A stretch of DNA of 32,000 bases from NCBI RefSeq assembly GCF_000196355.1, contig NC_007614.1, positions 1,890,001 to 1,922,000 of the forward strand. The letters are read 5' to 3'. Under the pieces are notes generated by a model. That model was given only the letters and a program-made list of their open reading frames with translations, searched no databases and had not been told where the DNA came from. Position 1 is the first letter of the stretch. Every line of letters starts with the position of its first letter. This DNA is from Nitrosospira multiformis ATCC 25196. GTDB taxonomy: Bacteria; Pseudomonadota; Gammaproteobacteria; Burkholderiales; Nitrosomonadaceae. The position numbers and the translations under genes are program-made. This document shows, piece after piece, positions 9,977-19,019 of the stretch.

Positions 9977-11338
9977 ATGACGCAGCTTCAATTCCTCGGA
10001 GCAACCGGAACGGTCACCGGATCTAAGTATCTGCTTCAGCATGAAGCAGCAAATATACTTATTGATTGCGGCCTGTTTCAAGGCTACAAGCAACTTCGCT
10101 TGCGTAACTGGAAAGCGTTGCCATTCGATGCCAAAAAGATCAACGCTGTCGTTCTCACGCATGCGCACATTGATCATAGCGGCTATCTGCCCCTGCTGGC
10201 AAAGAACGGGTTTACCGCTCCGGTTTACTGCACCACTGCTACACGTGACCTATGCGAAATCCTGCTTCCTGATAGTGGCCAATTACAGGAGGAAGAGGCG
10301 GAATATGCGAATCGGCATGGCTTTTCAAAGCATAAACCCGCTGCTCCCTTATATACCCGCGCTGACGCTGAACGTTGCTTGCGTTTATTCAAGCCCATCG
10401 ATTTCGATGAAGAAATTGCTGTAGCCGATGATTTGTCGTTGCGTTTGCGCCCTTCCGGCCATATTCTGGGTGCGGCATTGGCATGCCTTAACACTGCTCG
10501 ATCGTCGATTGTTTTTTCAGGTGATCTTGGGCGGCAAAATGATCTGATCATGCCGGCTCCAGCTTCAGTCGGAGGCGCGGATTACCTGGTGGTAGAGTCG
10601 ACTTACGGTAACCGGTCCCATAATCCCTCTGATCCGCAGGATATGCTTGCGGATGTAATTAACCGGACGGTGCAACGTGGTGGTGTCGTCGTTATTCCCA
10701 CCTTCGCGGTAGGCCGCGCGCAAAGCCTGCTGTATTACCTTTATCTATTGAAAAAGGCAGGCACTATTCCCCCGGAATTGCCTGTTTTTCTGAATAGCCC
10801 CATGGCAGTAGACGCGACTGAGATATTTCGCAACCACTTGGATGAGCATCGCTTATCTACTGCGGAATGCGAAGCGATGTGCCGAATGTCCCACATAATC
10901 ACCAGTGGATTGGAATCCAAGAGGTTGAATAACCGCCCAGGTCCCATGGTAATTCTGGCCGGGAGCGGCATGGCCACCGGCGGACGAGTAGTGCACCACC
11001 TCAAGGCGTTTGCTCCGGATCCGCGCAACACCATTTTATTTTCCGGTTTCCAGGCAGGCGGCACGCGCGGTGCGTCCATGCTGCAGGGGGCAGAACAGGT
11101 GAAGATTCATGGGCAATATGTGCCCATACGAGCGGAAATTGCGCTGATCGATAATATATCCGCACACGCCGACGCAAATGAGATCATGATTTGGTTAAAA
11201 CAATTTAAAACAGCACCACAACGGACTTTTGTCACCCATGGGGAACCTGCTGCAGCGGACGCACTGCGGCTTCGCATACAGGAAGAACTCCAGTGGGATG
11301 CGTATGTGCCCGACTACCTGGAGATTGCTCCGTTTTAA
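9977..11338 (+). CDS. MBL-fold metallo-hydrolase with beta-CASP and RMMBL regions (CPSF-like / RNA exonuclease family)
   Basis: 'MTQLQFLGATGTVTGSKYLL', metal motif 'LTHAHIDHSGYLPLL', 'VVESTYGNRSHN', 'PTFAVGRAQSLLYYLYLL', 'GSGMATGGRVVHHLK', 'IDNISAHADANEIMIWL', C-terminal 'TFVTHGEPAAADALRLRI'. Confidence 0.92.
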   Translation: MTQLQFLGATGTVTGSKYLLQHEAANILIDCGLFQGYKQLRLRNWKALPFDAKKINAVVLTHAHIDHSGYLPLLAKNGFTAPVYCTTATRDLCEILLPDSGQLQEEEAEYANRHGFSKHKPAAPLYTRADAERCLRLFKPIDFDEEIAVADDLSLRLRPSGHILGAALACLNTARSSIVFSGDLGRQNDLIMPAPASVGGADYLVVESTYGNRSHNPSDPQDMLADVINRTVQRGGVVVIPTFAVGRAQSLLYYLYLLKKAGTIPPELPVFLNSPMAVDATEIFRNHLDEHRLSTAECEAMCRMSHIITSGLESKRLNNRPGPMVILAGSGMATGGRVVHHLKAFAPDPRNTILFSGFQAGGTRGASMLQGAEQVKIHGQYVPIRAEIALIDNISAHADANEIMIWLKQFKTAPQRTFVTHGEPAAADALRLRIQEELQWDAYVPDYLEIAPF

Positions 11339-11653
11339 ACTCAATCTTGGATGCAGCAAGTATTGTTATGCCTTGAATACTAAGCGCCAGGACACAGGTG
11401 ACAAATCATCTGGGAGGTAGTGTTTTATTCCAGTCAGGAATGGTTGAGCTGTCACGCCTGTTCGGGCTTAAAAGCTTCAATCTGTACAGCTCCTTGATGG
11501 CTCATTTAAACGTCAGGCCTGATCTCTCCCTTGTTTTTCTTATGGCCTCATCTATAAATGATAATGGATGGGACAAAGTGGGTTTGAACAATCATAAAAC
11601 CGGCGCTATGTAGAATAGTTGCCAGACGAAAGCGACACTCTGCCAAGTTTCAT

Positions 11654-12781
11654 ATGTCTGATCATCGAGACGCCCTCGAAAACCTTAATCATCACGCCCC
11701 CCTCTCTGAAAAGCTGAAAACTTTGCACGCCGCGCTTGGCAAGCGCTTCACGTTCATAGACCGGGTGGCGGTGGCTATCTACGACCCCAAGACGGATGAG
11801 CTCAAGACCTTTATCCACAGCAGTGGAGAAGCCAATCCGCTTGTCAACTATCAGGCCAAGCTGAGTCAAGCCCGCTCGTTGCAGAAGATCCGGGAAAGTG
11901 GCAAACCTCGCGTCGTGAATGACTTGACGATATTTGTCAAAGGCACCCAAGAGCATACGCATCGCATTGCAACCGAGGGCTATGGTGCGAGTTATACGGT
12001 GCCGATGTATTTCAATGGCGATTTCTTTGGATTCGTTTTTTTCAACTCTTACCGCACGAACGTTTTTGACGAAGAGGTATTGCACCTCCTCGATATGTTT
12101 GCCCATCTGATCTCTCTGGTCGTGATGGGGGAACTGGCCTCGCTGCGTACACTAATTTCTGGCGTCCATGCCGCGCGCAACTTCGCTAACATGCGCGATA
12201 CGGAAACAGGCGCCCATCTCGAACGAATGTCGCGCTATGCGCGTATCGTGGCAAAAGAGCTTGCGCCAAAGTATGGCTTCGATGACGAGTACGTTGAGCA
12301 GATATTTTTGTTCTCCCCGCTGCACGATATCGGGAAAATTGGCATTCCCGATAGCATCCTGCTCAAGGCCGGCTTGCTCGAGCCCGGCGAACGGGAGATC
12401 ATGAAAACGCACTCGGAAAAGGGCCGGCAGCTGATCGATAGCCTGCTGCGCGATTTTCGATTGGATTCCTTTGGATATCTCAACATTCTTCGCAACATTG
12501 CAGAACACCACCACGAAACCCTGGACGGAGAAGGTTATCCGCATCGGCTGCGAGGCGGGGAGATTCCCATTGAGTCCCGCATCGTCGCCGTGGCGGATGT
12601 GTTTGACGCGCTTACCAGCAAGCGTCCCTATAAGGAAGCGTGGAACATGGATGAGGCTTTCCAGGAATTGCGCAAGCTTGCAGGCAGCAAGCTCGACTCC
12701 GATTGTGTCGAGGCGCTTATCAAGAACAGGGTCCAGCTGGAAGAGATTAGGAATCGCTTCCAGGAACCCTCGTTCTCCTGA
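11654..12781 (+). CDS. GAF-like sensor domain plus HD-GYP domain protein (probable c-di-GMP phosphodiesterase or signalling phosphohydrolase)
   Basis: HD-GYP signatures 'HLERMSRYARIVAKEL', 'SPLHDIGKIGIPDSILLKAG', 'AEHHHETLDGEGYPHRLRGGEIPIESRIVAVADVFDALTSKRPYKEAW'; N-terminal GAF-like region 'KRFTFIDRVAVAIYDPKTDELKTFI'. Confidence 0.87.
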   Translation: MSDHRDALENLNHHAPLSEKLKTLHAALGKRFTFIDRVAVAIYDPKTDELKTFIHSSGEANPLVNYQAKLSQARSLQKIRESGKPRVVNDLTIFVKGTQEHTHRIATEGYGASYTVPMYFNGDFFGFVFFNSYRTNVFDEEVLHLLDMFAHLISLVVMGELASLRTLISGVHAARNFANMRDTETGAHLERMSRYARIVAKELAPKYGFDDEYVEQIFLFSPLHDIGKIGIPDSILLKAGLLEPGEREIMKTHSEKGRQLIDSLLRDFRLDSFGYLNILRNIAEHHHETLDGEGYPHRLRGGEIPIESRIVAVADVFDALTSKRPYKEAWNMDEAFQELRKLAGSKLDSDCVEALIKNRVQLEEIRNRFQEPSFS

Positions 12782-13018
12782 ATGAGGTGCCTGGACCCAG
12801 AGCCGAGAATGCCGGCACACTACGGCAGTGCCCCTCTCGACGGATCTCCTTGCTGTACTAACTGCCATTCCATTGGCTGCATTAAGAGGAGAGTGCTTTT
12901 TTTAAAGGCTGCCAAAACAAGCAAGGAATTGAAGATCAAGGTGGAAGGTCGGCATTCTAAGGCGGCGAAATCCCCCTTGAGTCCGGCCAGCTATTTGCAC
13001 TTCAGGCTAAATGCCCCC

Positions 13019-13034
13019 TTCAATTAAGATTGAA
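13019..13034. promoter_or_regulatory. Perfect 6-4-6 inverted repeat TTCAAT-TAAG-ATTGAA just upstream of hypC; candidate regulator-binding site
   Basis: Direct reading; arms 13019-13024 and 13029-13034 are exact reverse complements, centred about 40 bp before the hypC ATG (13066). Confidence 0.3.
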
Positions 13035-13065
13035 TTGACTGGAAATTGGGTAGACAATATTTTTT

Positions 13066-13302
13066 ATGTGTCTCGGTATCCCCATGCAGATAATCGAAGT
13101 CGATGGCTTTAACGCGCTTTGCGAAGCAAAAGGCGTAAGGCGCGAGGTGAGCCTATACCTGGTTCAGGACGAGCAGGCTGCAATTGGTGATTTCGTCATG
13201 GTGCACGTGGGATACGCCATCCAGAAAATAAACGAAAGCGAGGCGCGCTCAGCCTGGGAGCTTCACGACGAGTTGCTTGCTGCCGGGGCGGACGATGCAT
13301 GA
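13066..13302 (+). CDS. hypC: Hydrogenase maturation chaperone HypC
   Basis: 'MCLGIPMQIIEVDG...' with N-terminal Cys-2, 'GDFVMVHVGYAIQKINESEA'. Confidence 0.93.
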   Translation: MCLGIPMQIIEVDGFNALCEAKGVRREVSLYLVQDEQAAIGDFVMVHVGYAIQKINESEARSAWELHDELLAAGADDA

Positions 13303-13642
13303 ATTCTCTATCTGCCAAGCTTTGATCACACAGGTCGAGCAGATTGCGATCAGCCACGGAGCGTTGAAGGTGCAATCGGTAAAGCTCCGGATCGGTTCCC
13401 TCTCTGGCGTGGAACTGCCGCTGCTTGAGCATGCGTATCCTTTTGCCAGCGCGGGTACCCTGGTAGAGGGTTCTACGCTTGAAATAGAGCGTGCTCCACT
13501 CAAAGTAAATTGCGAAGCATGCGGCCTCGAATCAGAGGTTAAGGCAAATTTGCTCACATGCCGCATGTGTGGGAGTTGTCTGATCAGAGTTGTGAGTGGC
13601 GAGGAATTGACGCTCATGAGTGTTGAATTGATCACCACTTGA
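13295..13642 (+). CDS. hypA: Hydrogenase nickel incorporation protein HypA
   Basis: 'MHEFSICQALITQVEQIA', zinc-site cysteines 'CEACGLESEVKANLLTCRMCGS'; ATG at 13295 overlaps the hypC stop. Confidence 0.92.
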   Translation: MHEFSICQALITQVEQIAISHGALKVQSVKLRIGSLSGVELPLLEHAYPFASAGTLVEGSTLEIERAPLKVNCEACGLESEVKANLLTCRMCGSCLIRVVSGEELTLMSVELITT

Positions 13643-13660
13643 AGTCTCGGGAGGTCTGGA

Positions 13661-14467
13661 ATGTGCAACACGTGTGGTTGCAACATCACACCCGGTAACC
13701 GGGAATTTGCTTATAAGCCGGTAAACGGCATGACCCCGGTTTCGGTCCTGAAGAACCTGCTGGCCAAAAATAATGACCAAGCGGAACACAACCGCCGGCA
13801 TTTCGACAGGCATCGGCTGCTGACAGTAAACCTGATGTCATCCCCTGGCGCCGGCAAGACGGCCTTGCTGGAAGCGTCCATTGATGCTTTGCGTGACAAG
13901 TACCGTATCGGTGTGATCGAGGGTGATCTGGAAACCGAAAACGATGCGGTGCGCATCCGCGCCAGAGGAGCGCCGGCATACCAGATCACTACAGGATCGG
14001 CGTGCCATCTCGATGCCCACATGGTGCACGACGCATTGCATGAATTTCCGCTGGAGGAACTGGATATCCTGTTTATCGAGAACGTAGGCAACCTCGTGTG
14101 CCCGGCAAGCTTTGATCTGGGCCAGCATAGGAATGTCACTCTGCTCTCTGTCACGGAAGGCGATGATAAGCCCGCAAAATACCCCGTGATGTTCCGCGCC
14201 GCGGATGCGGTAATTCTCACCAAAAGCGACCTATTGCCAGTGCTGGATGACTTTGATCCGGCTCGAGCAGAACTCAGTCTTCGCAACCTGGGTAGCCGAG
14301 CACCGGTAATCAGGCTTTCCGCCCGGAAGAATCTGAACCTCGGTGATTGGCTTGATTGGCTTATCGGCGAACTGGTGCAGAAACGGGGGAAATTAGCTGC
14401 GGACGTTCTGGCACAACCTGTGGCAGACCCGCAATCGATATTGTCCAATACGGGAATGGGCGGATGA
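13661..14467 (+). CDS. hypB: Hydrogenase nickel incorporation GTPase HypB
   Basis: N-terminal 'MCNTCGCN', P-loop 'SSPGAGKTALLE', 'VIEGDLETENDAVRI', 'LFIENVGNLVCPASFDLG'. Confidence 0.95.
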   Translation: MCNTCGCNITPGNREFAYKPVNGMTPVSVLKNLLAKNNDQAEHNRRHFDRHRLLTVNLMSSPGAGKTALLEASIDALRDKYRIGVIEGDLETENDAVRIRARGAPAYQITTGSACHLDAHMVHDALHEFPLEELDILFIENVGNLVCPASFDLGQHRNVTLLSVTEGDDKPAKYPVMFRAADAVILTKSDLLPVLDDFDPARAELSLRNLGSRAPVIRLSARKNLNLGDWLDWLIGELVQKRGKLAADVLAQPVADPQSILSNTGMGG

Positions 14468-15621
14468 CACTTACCGCTCAGGAGTGGCTAAAAAAAATCC
14501 ATGAGCTGCCACTCGATCGCCCTGTACGTATCATGAACGTATGCGGAGGCCATGAGCGTTCGATTACCATGGCAGGAATCCGAAGCGCCCTGCCGGAATG
14601 TGTCGAACTCATCGCCGGGCCAGGGTGCCCGGTCTGTGTCTGCCCTGAAGAAGATGTATACCAGGCGATTCAGCTCGCGCTGCGCACCGATATGATTCTG
14701 GTCACTTTCGGTGATATGCTGCGCGTGCCCGTGAACGTGCCGAAGAAAGAAGTGCGATCCCTGGAGCAGGCCAAGGCAGCAGGAGCGGATGTGCGTCCCA
14801 TTGCCAGTCCGCGCGAAGCAGTCAGGATAGCTCAGCAAAACGCGAAACGACAAGTCGTTTTCTTTGCTGCGGGTTTTGAGACCACCACAGCCCCGGTAGC
14901 AGCCATGCTGCTGGAGGGGGTACCGGACAATTTATCCATCCTGTTGTCAGCGCGGCGCACATGGCCTGCGGTCGCAATGCTGCTTGATTCTGATGCACCA
15001 GGCTTCGATGGGTTGGTGGCGCCCGGTCATGTTTCCACTGTCATGGGGCCGGAGGAGTGGAATTTCGTCTTCGAAAAGCATGACATTCCCACTGCCGTTG
15101 CCGGCTTCCAGCCCGTGTCACTGCTAGCCGCCATGTATTCCGTATTACGCCAACTGCTTGAAGGGAAGCGTTTTCTGGATAATTGTTATCCTGAGTTAGT
15201 GCGGCCCGGGGGAAATCGAGCCGCACAGGCGCAACTCGCGGAAGCATTGAATGACACGGATGCCAACTGGCGCGGCATTGGTGTTATCCCATCTTCCGGT
15301 TTCAGTCTCCAAAAGCGCTTCGCAAAGAACGATGCGCGACTTCAATTCCCCGATTTCGATACAGAGAACCGCAAGCGCGCTGGCCAGATGCCGCCCGGTT
15401 GCGAATGCGCGAGCGTAGTCCTTGGAAGAATAAATCCAAACCAGTGCAAGATTTATGGCCATGCCTGCACACCGAAAACACCTGTGGGCCCGTGCATGGT
15501 GTCGGACGAAGGTGCTTGCCGCATCTGGTGGGCAGCAGGCGTACGGGAGAACACGGCCACTGGAGTGAAGACGGTGGCAGATAGCTCTTCTATTCCGGTG
15601 TTACCTGAGAAGCCAGAATAA
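14464..15621 (+). CDS. hypD: Hydrogenase formation protein HypD
   Basis: 'VCGGHERSITMAGIR', 'ELIAGPGCPVCVCPEEDV', 'VTFGDMLRVP', 'GFETTTAP'; ATG at 14464 overlaps the hypB stop. Confidence 0.95.
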   Translation: MTLTAQEWLKKIHELPLDRPVRIMNVCGGHERSITMAGIRSALPECVELIAGPGCPVCVCPEEDVYQAIQLALRTDMILVTFGDMLRVPVNVPKKEVRSLEQAKAAGADVRPIASPREAVRIAQQNAKRQVVFFAAGFETTTAPVAAMLLEGVPDNLSILLSARRTWPAVAMLLDSDAPGFDGLVAPGHVSTVMGPEEWNFVFEKHDIPTAVAGFQPVSLLAAMYSVLRQLLEGKRFLDNCYPELVRPGGNRAAQAQLAEALNDTDANWRGIGVIPSSGFSLQKRFAKNDARLQFPDFDTENRKRAGQMPPGCECASVVLGRINPNQCKIYGHACTPKTPVGPCMVSDEGACRIWWAAGVRENTATGVKTVADSSSIPVLPEKPE

Positions 15622-15706
15622 GCGGCGCAGGTTTACGGCAAGAGGCTTGGAAGCCGGACGCATTATATCCTGTTCGGTTCTTTTCTCTCATTTCTCCTGC
15701 TGCCCT

Positions 15707-18019
15707 ATGAATATGAAAGAGGAGCAAATTACTCGACCGTGTAAACCCGAAGCGCGCCGCTGGCTCATAGGGGGGCGGGTGCAGGGCGTGGGTTTTCGCC
15801 CGTTTGTGTACCGTCTGGCGCAGCGATTCCGCTTGACTGGGCATGTGCAGAATACATCCGGCCAGGTGGTGATCGAAGCAGCGGGAAAAAAAAAGCTTCT
15901 GGATGTGTTTGGCGTCGCACTGCTTGCCGAGGCACCCCCTCTTGCTCAACCGGAGATGGTGCACGTTGAGAAAATCCCCTACCTCGAAAGGGATGGCTTC
16001 GAAATCCTGCAAAGCTCTGACAATTCGTCAGGGCGCATTCACATTCCTCCGGATTATTTCTTGTGCGATGACTGTAAGCGGGAAATGCAAACACCGGGTG
16101 ACAGGCGCTATCGCTACCCCTTCATTAACTGCACCCAGTGCGGTCCCCGCTACACGCTGATCACCAAGCTGCCTTACGATCGTCCTAATACGGTGATGAC
16201 AAGCTTCGAATTATGCTCTCAATGCCTGAGAGAGTATGAAGATCCGGGCGACAGGCGTTTTCATGCCGAACCGGTAGCTTGTCCGACATGTGGCCCACAG
16301 CTTTGCCTGTCGGCACCCGAAGGCCGGATTAACGGACCCGCCGCGCTCACAGCTTCTGTTACCGCCCTGCGGCGAGGTGAGATCGTTGCAGTGAAGGGCA
16401 TTGGCGGTTATCACCTGATGTGTGATGCCCGCAACGAGACAGCGATTGGGCAGTTGCGCACAAACAAGCATCGCCCACATAAACCGCTTGCGCTGATGTT
16501 TCCCTGGTGCGGTGATGATGGACTAGCGCAGGTGCGGGATGAATTGGAGATCGATGCTCAAGGGCAAGCATTACTGCGGGCGCCAGCGCGGCCCATCGTG
16601 CTCTTGCGAAGGCGCAGAGATTCAATGTTGCCTCGATCTATCACCCCCGGGATAAGGGAAATCGGTGTAATGCTCCCCTATAGTCCCCTGCATCATTTGT
16701 TGCTCCATGAACTGGATAAACCGGTAGTGGCCACCTCGGGAAATGTGAGCGGAGAGCCAGTACTGACCGCTAATGCAGAGGCGGAAACGCGGTTGGCCCG
16801 AGTGACTCGGGTTTTTCTTCATCATAATCGCCCCATTGCGCGTCCCGCGGATGATCCGGTGGTCCGTGTCATTGCAGGAAAGCCTCGTTTGGTTCGAGTG
16901 GGACGCGGCGTTGGCCCGGTTGAATTCGACCTGCCTGGCCTGTTTGTGCAGCCATTGCTGGCTGTGGGCGGGCATATGAAAAACAGCATCGCCTTGGGCT
17001 GGAATGGGCGGGCCATCCTTTCTCCCCATATCGGGGACCTGGATGCTCCCCGAAGCATGGCAGTATTCGAACAGGTCATTTCGGATTTGCAGCGATTGTA
17101 TGGCGCTTTCCCGCAGGCTATTGTTTGCGATGCCCATAAAGGGTATGCCAGCAGCCGCTGGGCGGATCGGCAGGGCTTGCCACTCATTCCCGTCTGGCAT
17201 CATCATGCCCATGCATCTGCTTTGGCGGCTGAACATTCGCGAGAACTTACATGGTTGACTTTCACCTGGGATGGCGTCGGCTTGGGGGAAGACAATACCC
17301 TTTGGGGAGGCGAAGCATTGCTTGGTCGGCCAGGAGTCTGGCGCCGAGTCGCCCGCCTGTGTCCTTTCCGGCTACCAGGAGGCGAGCGGGCAGGCCGGGA
17401 ACCGTGGCGTTCTGCTGCTGCCCTTTGCTGGGAAAGCGGAATAGAGCCTCCTGCCATGGGAATCCGCCTGGAACTGCTAAAAAAAGCCTGGAAAAAAGGA
17501 CTGAATTCGCGCGTCACCACTGCAGGGGGACGTCTTTTTGACGGCGCTGCCAGCCTGCTCGGGTTACTCAGACATGCGAGTTACGAGGGCCAGGCGGGGA
17601 TGTATCTGGAAAATATTGCAGACGCCTGCGATTCAGAAAGCGAGGTGGATGTAATTGATCTGCCTCTTTTCCAAAGTGCTACCGGTTTGCTCACCGCGGA
17701 CTGGAAACCGTTGCTCCCCGCGCTGCTCAATGAGGCGATTCCGGTTGCGCGAAGGGCAATGCAATTTCACTTAAGTCTTGCAAATTCCATTATGGTCCAA
17801 GCGCAACGTATTCATGCATCAACACCGTTTGATCGGGTAGGCCTGACCGGCGGGGTTTTCCAGAACAAACTGCTTGCCGAGTTGGCTGTTTCACAACTGA
17901 CAGCTGCCGGGTTTGAAGCATATTTGCCGGAAAGAACCCCTTGCAATGATGGAGGCATTGCGCTGGGTCAATTGGTCGAAGCAGCTGCGGGCCTCGAAGC
18001 AGGTGCGCATGGAGGATAG
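15707..18019 (+). CDS. hypF: Carbamoyltransferase HypF
   Basis: Acylphosphatase domain 'GGRVQGVGFRPFVYRLAQRF', zinc-finger cysteines 'CDDCKREMQTPGDRRYRYPFINCTQCGPR' and 'CSQCLREYEDPGDRRFHAEPVACPTCGP', YrdC-like and Kae1-like regions. Start chosen at 'MNMKEEQITR'; the open frame begins at 15647. Confidence 0.93.
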   Translation: MNMKEEQITRPCKPEARRWLIGGRVQGVGFRPFVYRLAQRFRLTGHVQNTSGQVVIEAAGKKKLLDVFGVALLAEAPPLAQPEMVHVEKIPYLERDGFEILQSSDNSSGRIHIPPDYFLCDDCKREMQTPGDRRYRYPFINCTQCGPRYTLITKLPYDRPNTVMTSFELCSQCLREYEDPGDRRFHAEPVACPTCGPQLCLSAPEGRINGPAALTASVTALRRGEIVAVKGIGGYHLMCDARNETAIGQLRTNKHRPHKPLALMFPWCGDDGLAQVRDELEIDAQGQALLRAPARPIVLLRRRRDSMLPRSITPGIREIGVMLPYSPLHHLLLHELDKPVVATSGNVSGEPVLTANAEAETRLARVTRVFLHHNRPIARPADDPVVRVIAGKPRLVRVGRGVGPVEFDLPGLFVQPLLAVGGHMKNSIALGWNGRAILSPHIGDLDAPRSMAVFEQVISDLQRLYGAFPQAIVCDAHKGYASSRWADRQGLPLIPVWHHHAHASALAAEHSRELTWLTFTWDGVGLGEDNTLWGGEALLGRPGVWRRVARLCPFRLPGGERAGREPWRSAAALCWESGIEPPAMGIRLELLKKAWKKGLNSRVTTAGGRLFDGAASLLGLLRHASYEGQAGMYLENIADACDSESEVDVIDLPLFQSATGLLTADWKPLLPALLNEAIPVARRAMQFHLSLANSIMVQAQRIHASTPFDRVGLTGGVFQNKLLAELAVSQLTAAGFEAYLPERTPCNDGGIALGQLVEAAAGLEAGAHGG

Positions 18020-19013
18020 GCACGTCAGCTTGGCCCATGGCAATGGCGGCAGTTACATGCGGGAGCTGATCGAAACCGTGTTTGCGCGCCATCTTTCCAA
18101 CCCCTTGCTCGATGTACAGGCGGATGCCGCGGCCTTACCTCCCATGGATGGGGTGATAATGATAACCACGGATGGCTTTACTGTGCAGCCGCTGGAGTTC
18201 CCGGGGGGCACGATCGGTTCCCTGGCGGTGCACGGAACCGTAAACGACCTGGCCGTATCCGGCGCCCGGCCCTGCTATCTCACGCTCAACGCCTTTATTG
18301 AGGAAGGCTTCGATATGGCGCAGTTGGAACGCATTGTGGCGAGCCTGGCCAGTGCGGCACGGGAGACGAATGTCGCTGTGGTAGCGGGTGACACCAAGGT
18401 TCTTCCGCGCGGGCAAGGGGGCGGGCTGTATCTTGCCGCCACCGGAGTAGGTGTGAGGCCACCAAATCTGGAGCTTGGCCTCGACCGGGTAAAACCGGGA
18501 GACCTCATCCTCGTAAGCGGTCCGGTAGGCGATCATGGCGTTGCCGTTATGCTGGCCCGCGAGCAATTTGGCTTGAGCGGCGAATTGCTGTCGGACGCAG
18601 CCAGTGTGCTTCCCTTGACGCAGGCATTAGTACCGTTGCCGGGCCTGCATTTCATGCGCGACCCCACCCGGGGCGGGCTTGCTACCGTTCTGCATGAAAT
18701 CTGCCGCGCCACAGGACTGGAAACGCGGCTCAACCAGGCGGCGGTTCCGGTACGCGATCAGGTAGCGTCGGTATGCGAAATGCTGGGGTATGATCCTTTT
18801 TACCTGGCTTGCGAAGGGCGGGTGGTGGCGGTGGTGGAATCCCCTCAGGCGAGCGAAGCGCTTGCCCGATTGCAGGCGCTGCCGCAGGGCTGCCAGGCCG
18901 CGATTATTGGAAGTGTGAACCATGGCCGTCCGCACGTCGTACTTGAAACCGAACTGGGGGGAGAGCGTATTCTGGATGAACTGGAGGATGATCCGCTCCC
19001 CCGGATATGCTAG
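18009..19013 (+). CDS. hypE: Hydrogenase expression/formation protein HypE
   Basis: 'LAHGNGGSYMRELIETVF', 'TTDGFTVQPLEFPGGTIG', 'VVAGDTKVLPRGQGGGLYL', conserved C-terminal '...LPRIC'. ATG at 18009 overlaps the hypF stop. Confidence 0.94.
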   Translation: MEDRHVSLAHGNGGSYMRELIETVFARHLSNPLLDVQADAAALPPMDGVIMITTDGFTVQPLEFPGGTIGSLAVHGTVNDLAVSGARPCYLTLNAFIEEGFDMAQLERIVASLASAARETNVAVVAGDTKVLPRGQGGGLYLAATGVGVRPPNLELGLDRVKPGDLILVSGPVGDHGVAVMLAREQFGLSGELLSDAASVLPLTQALVPLPGLHFMRDPTRGGLATVLHEICRATGLETRLNQAAVPVRDQVASVCEMLGYDPFYLACEGRVVAVVESPQASEALARLQALPQGCQAAIIGSVNHGRPHVVLETELGGERILDELEDDPLPRIC

Positions 19014-19019
19014 AAATGA

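Noticed and set aside
11398-11613. 71-aa plus-strand ORF between the MBL-fold and HD-GYP genes
   Set aside because: No clear Shine-Dalgarno, family or composition signal; left as intergenic.
12152-12868. 238-aa minus-strand ORF opposite the HD-GYP gene
   Set aside because: HD-GYP motifs on the plus strand are clear; the antisense frame has no domain.
13711-14448. 245-aa minus-strand ORF opposite hypB
   Set aside because: HypB P-loop and N-terminal Cys motif on the plus strand are decisive.
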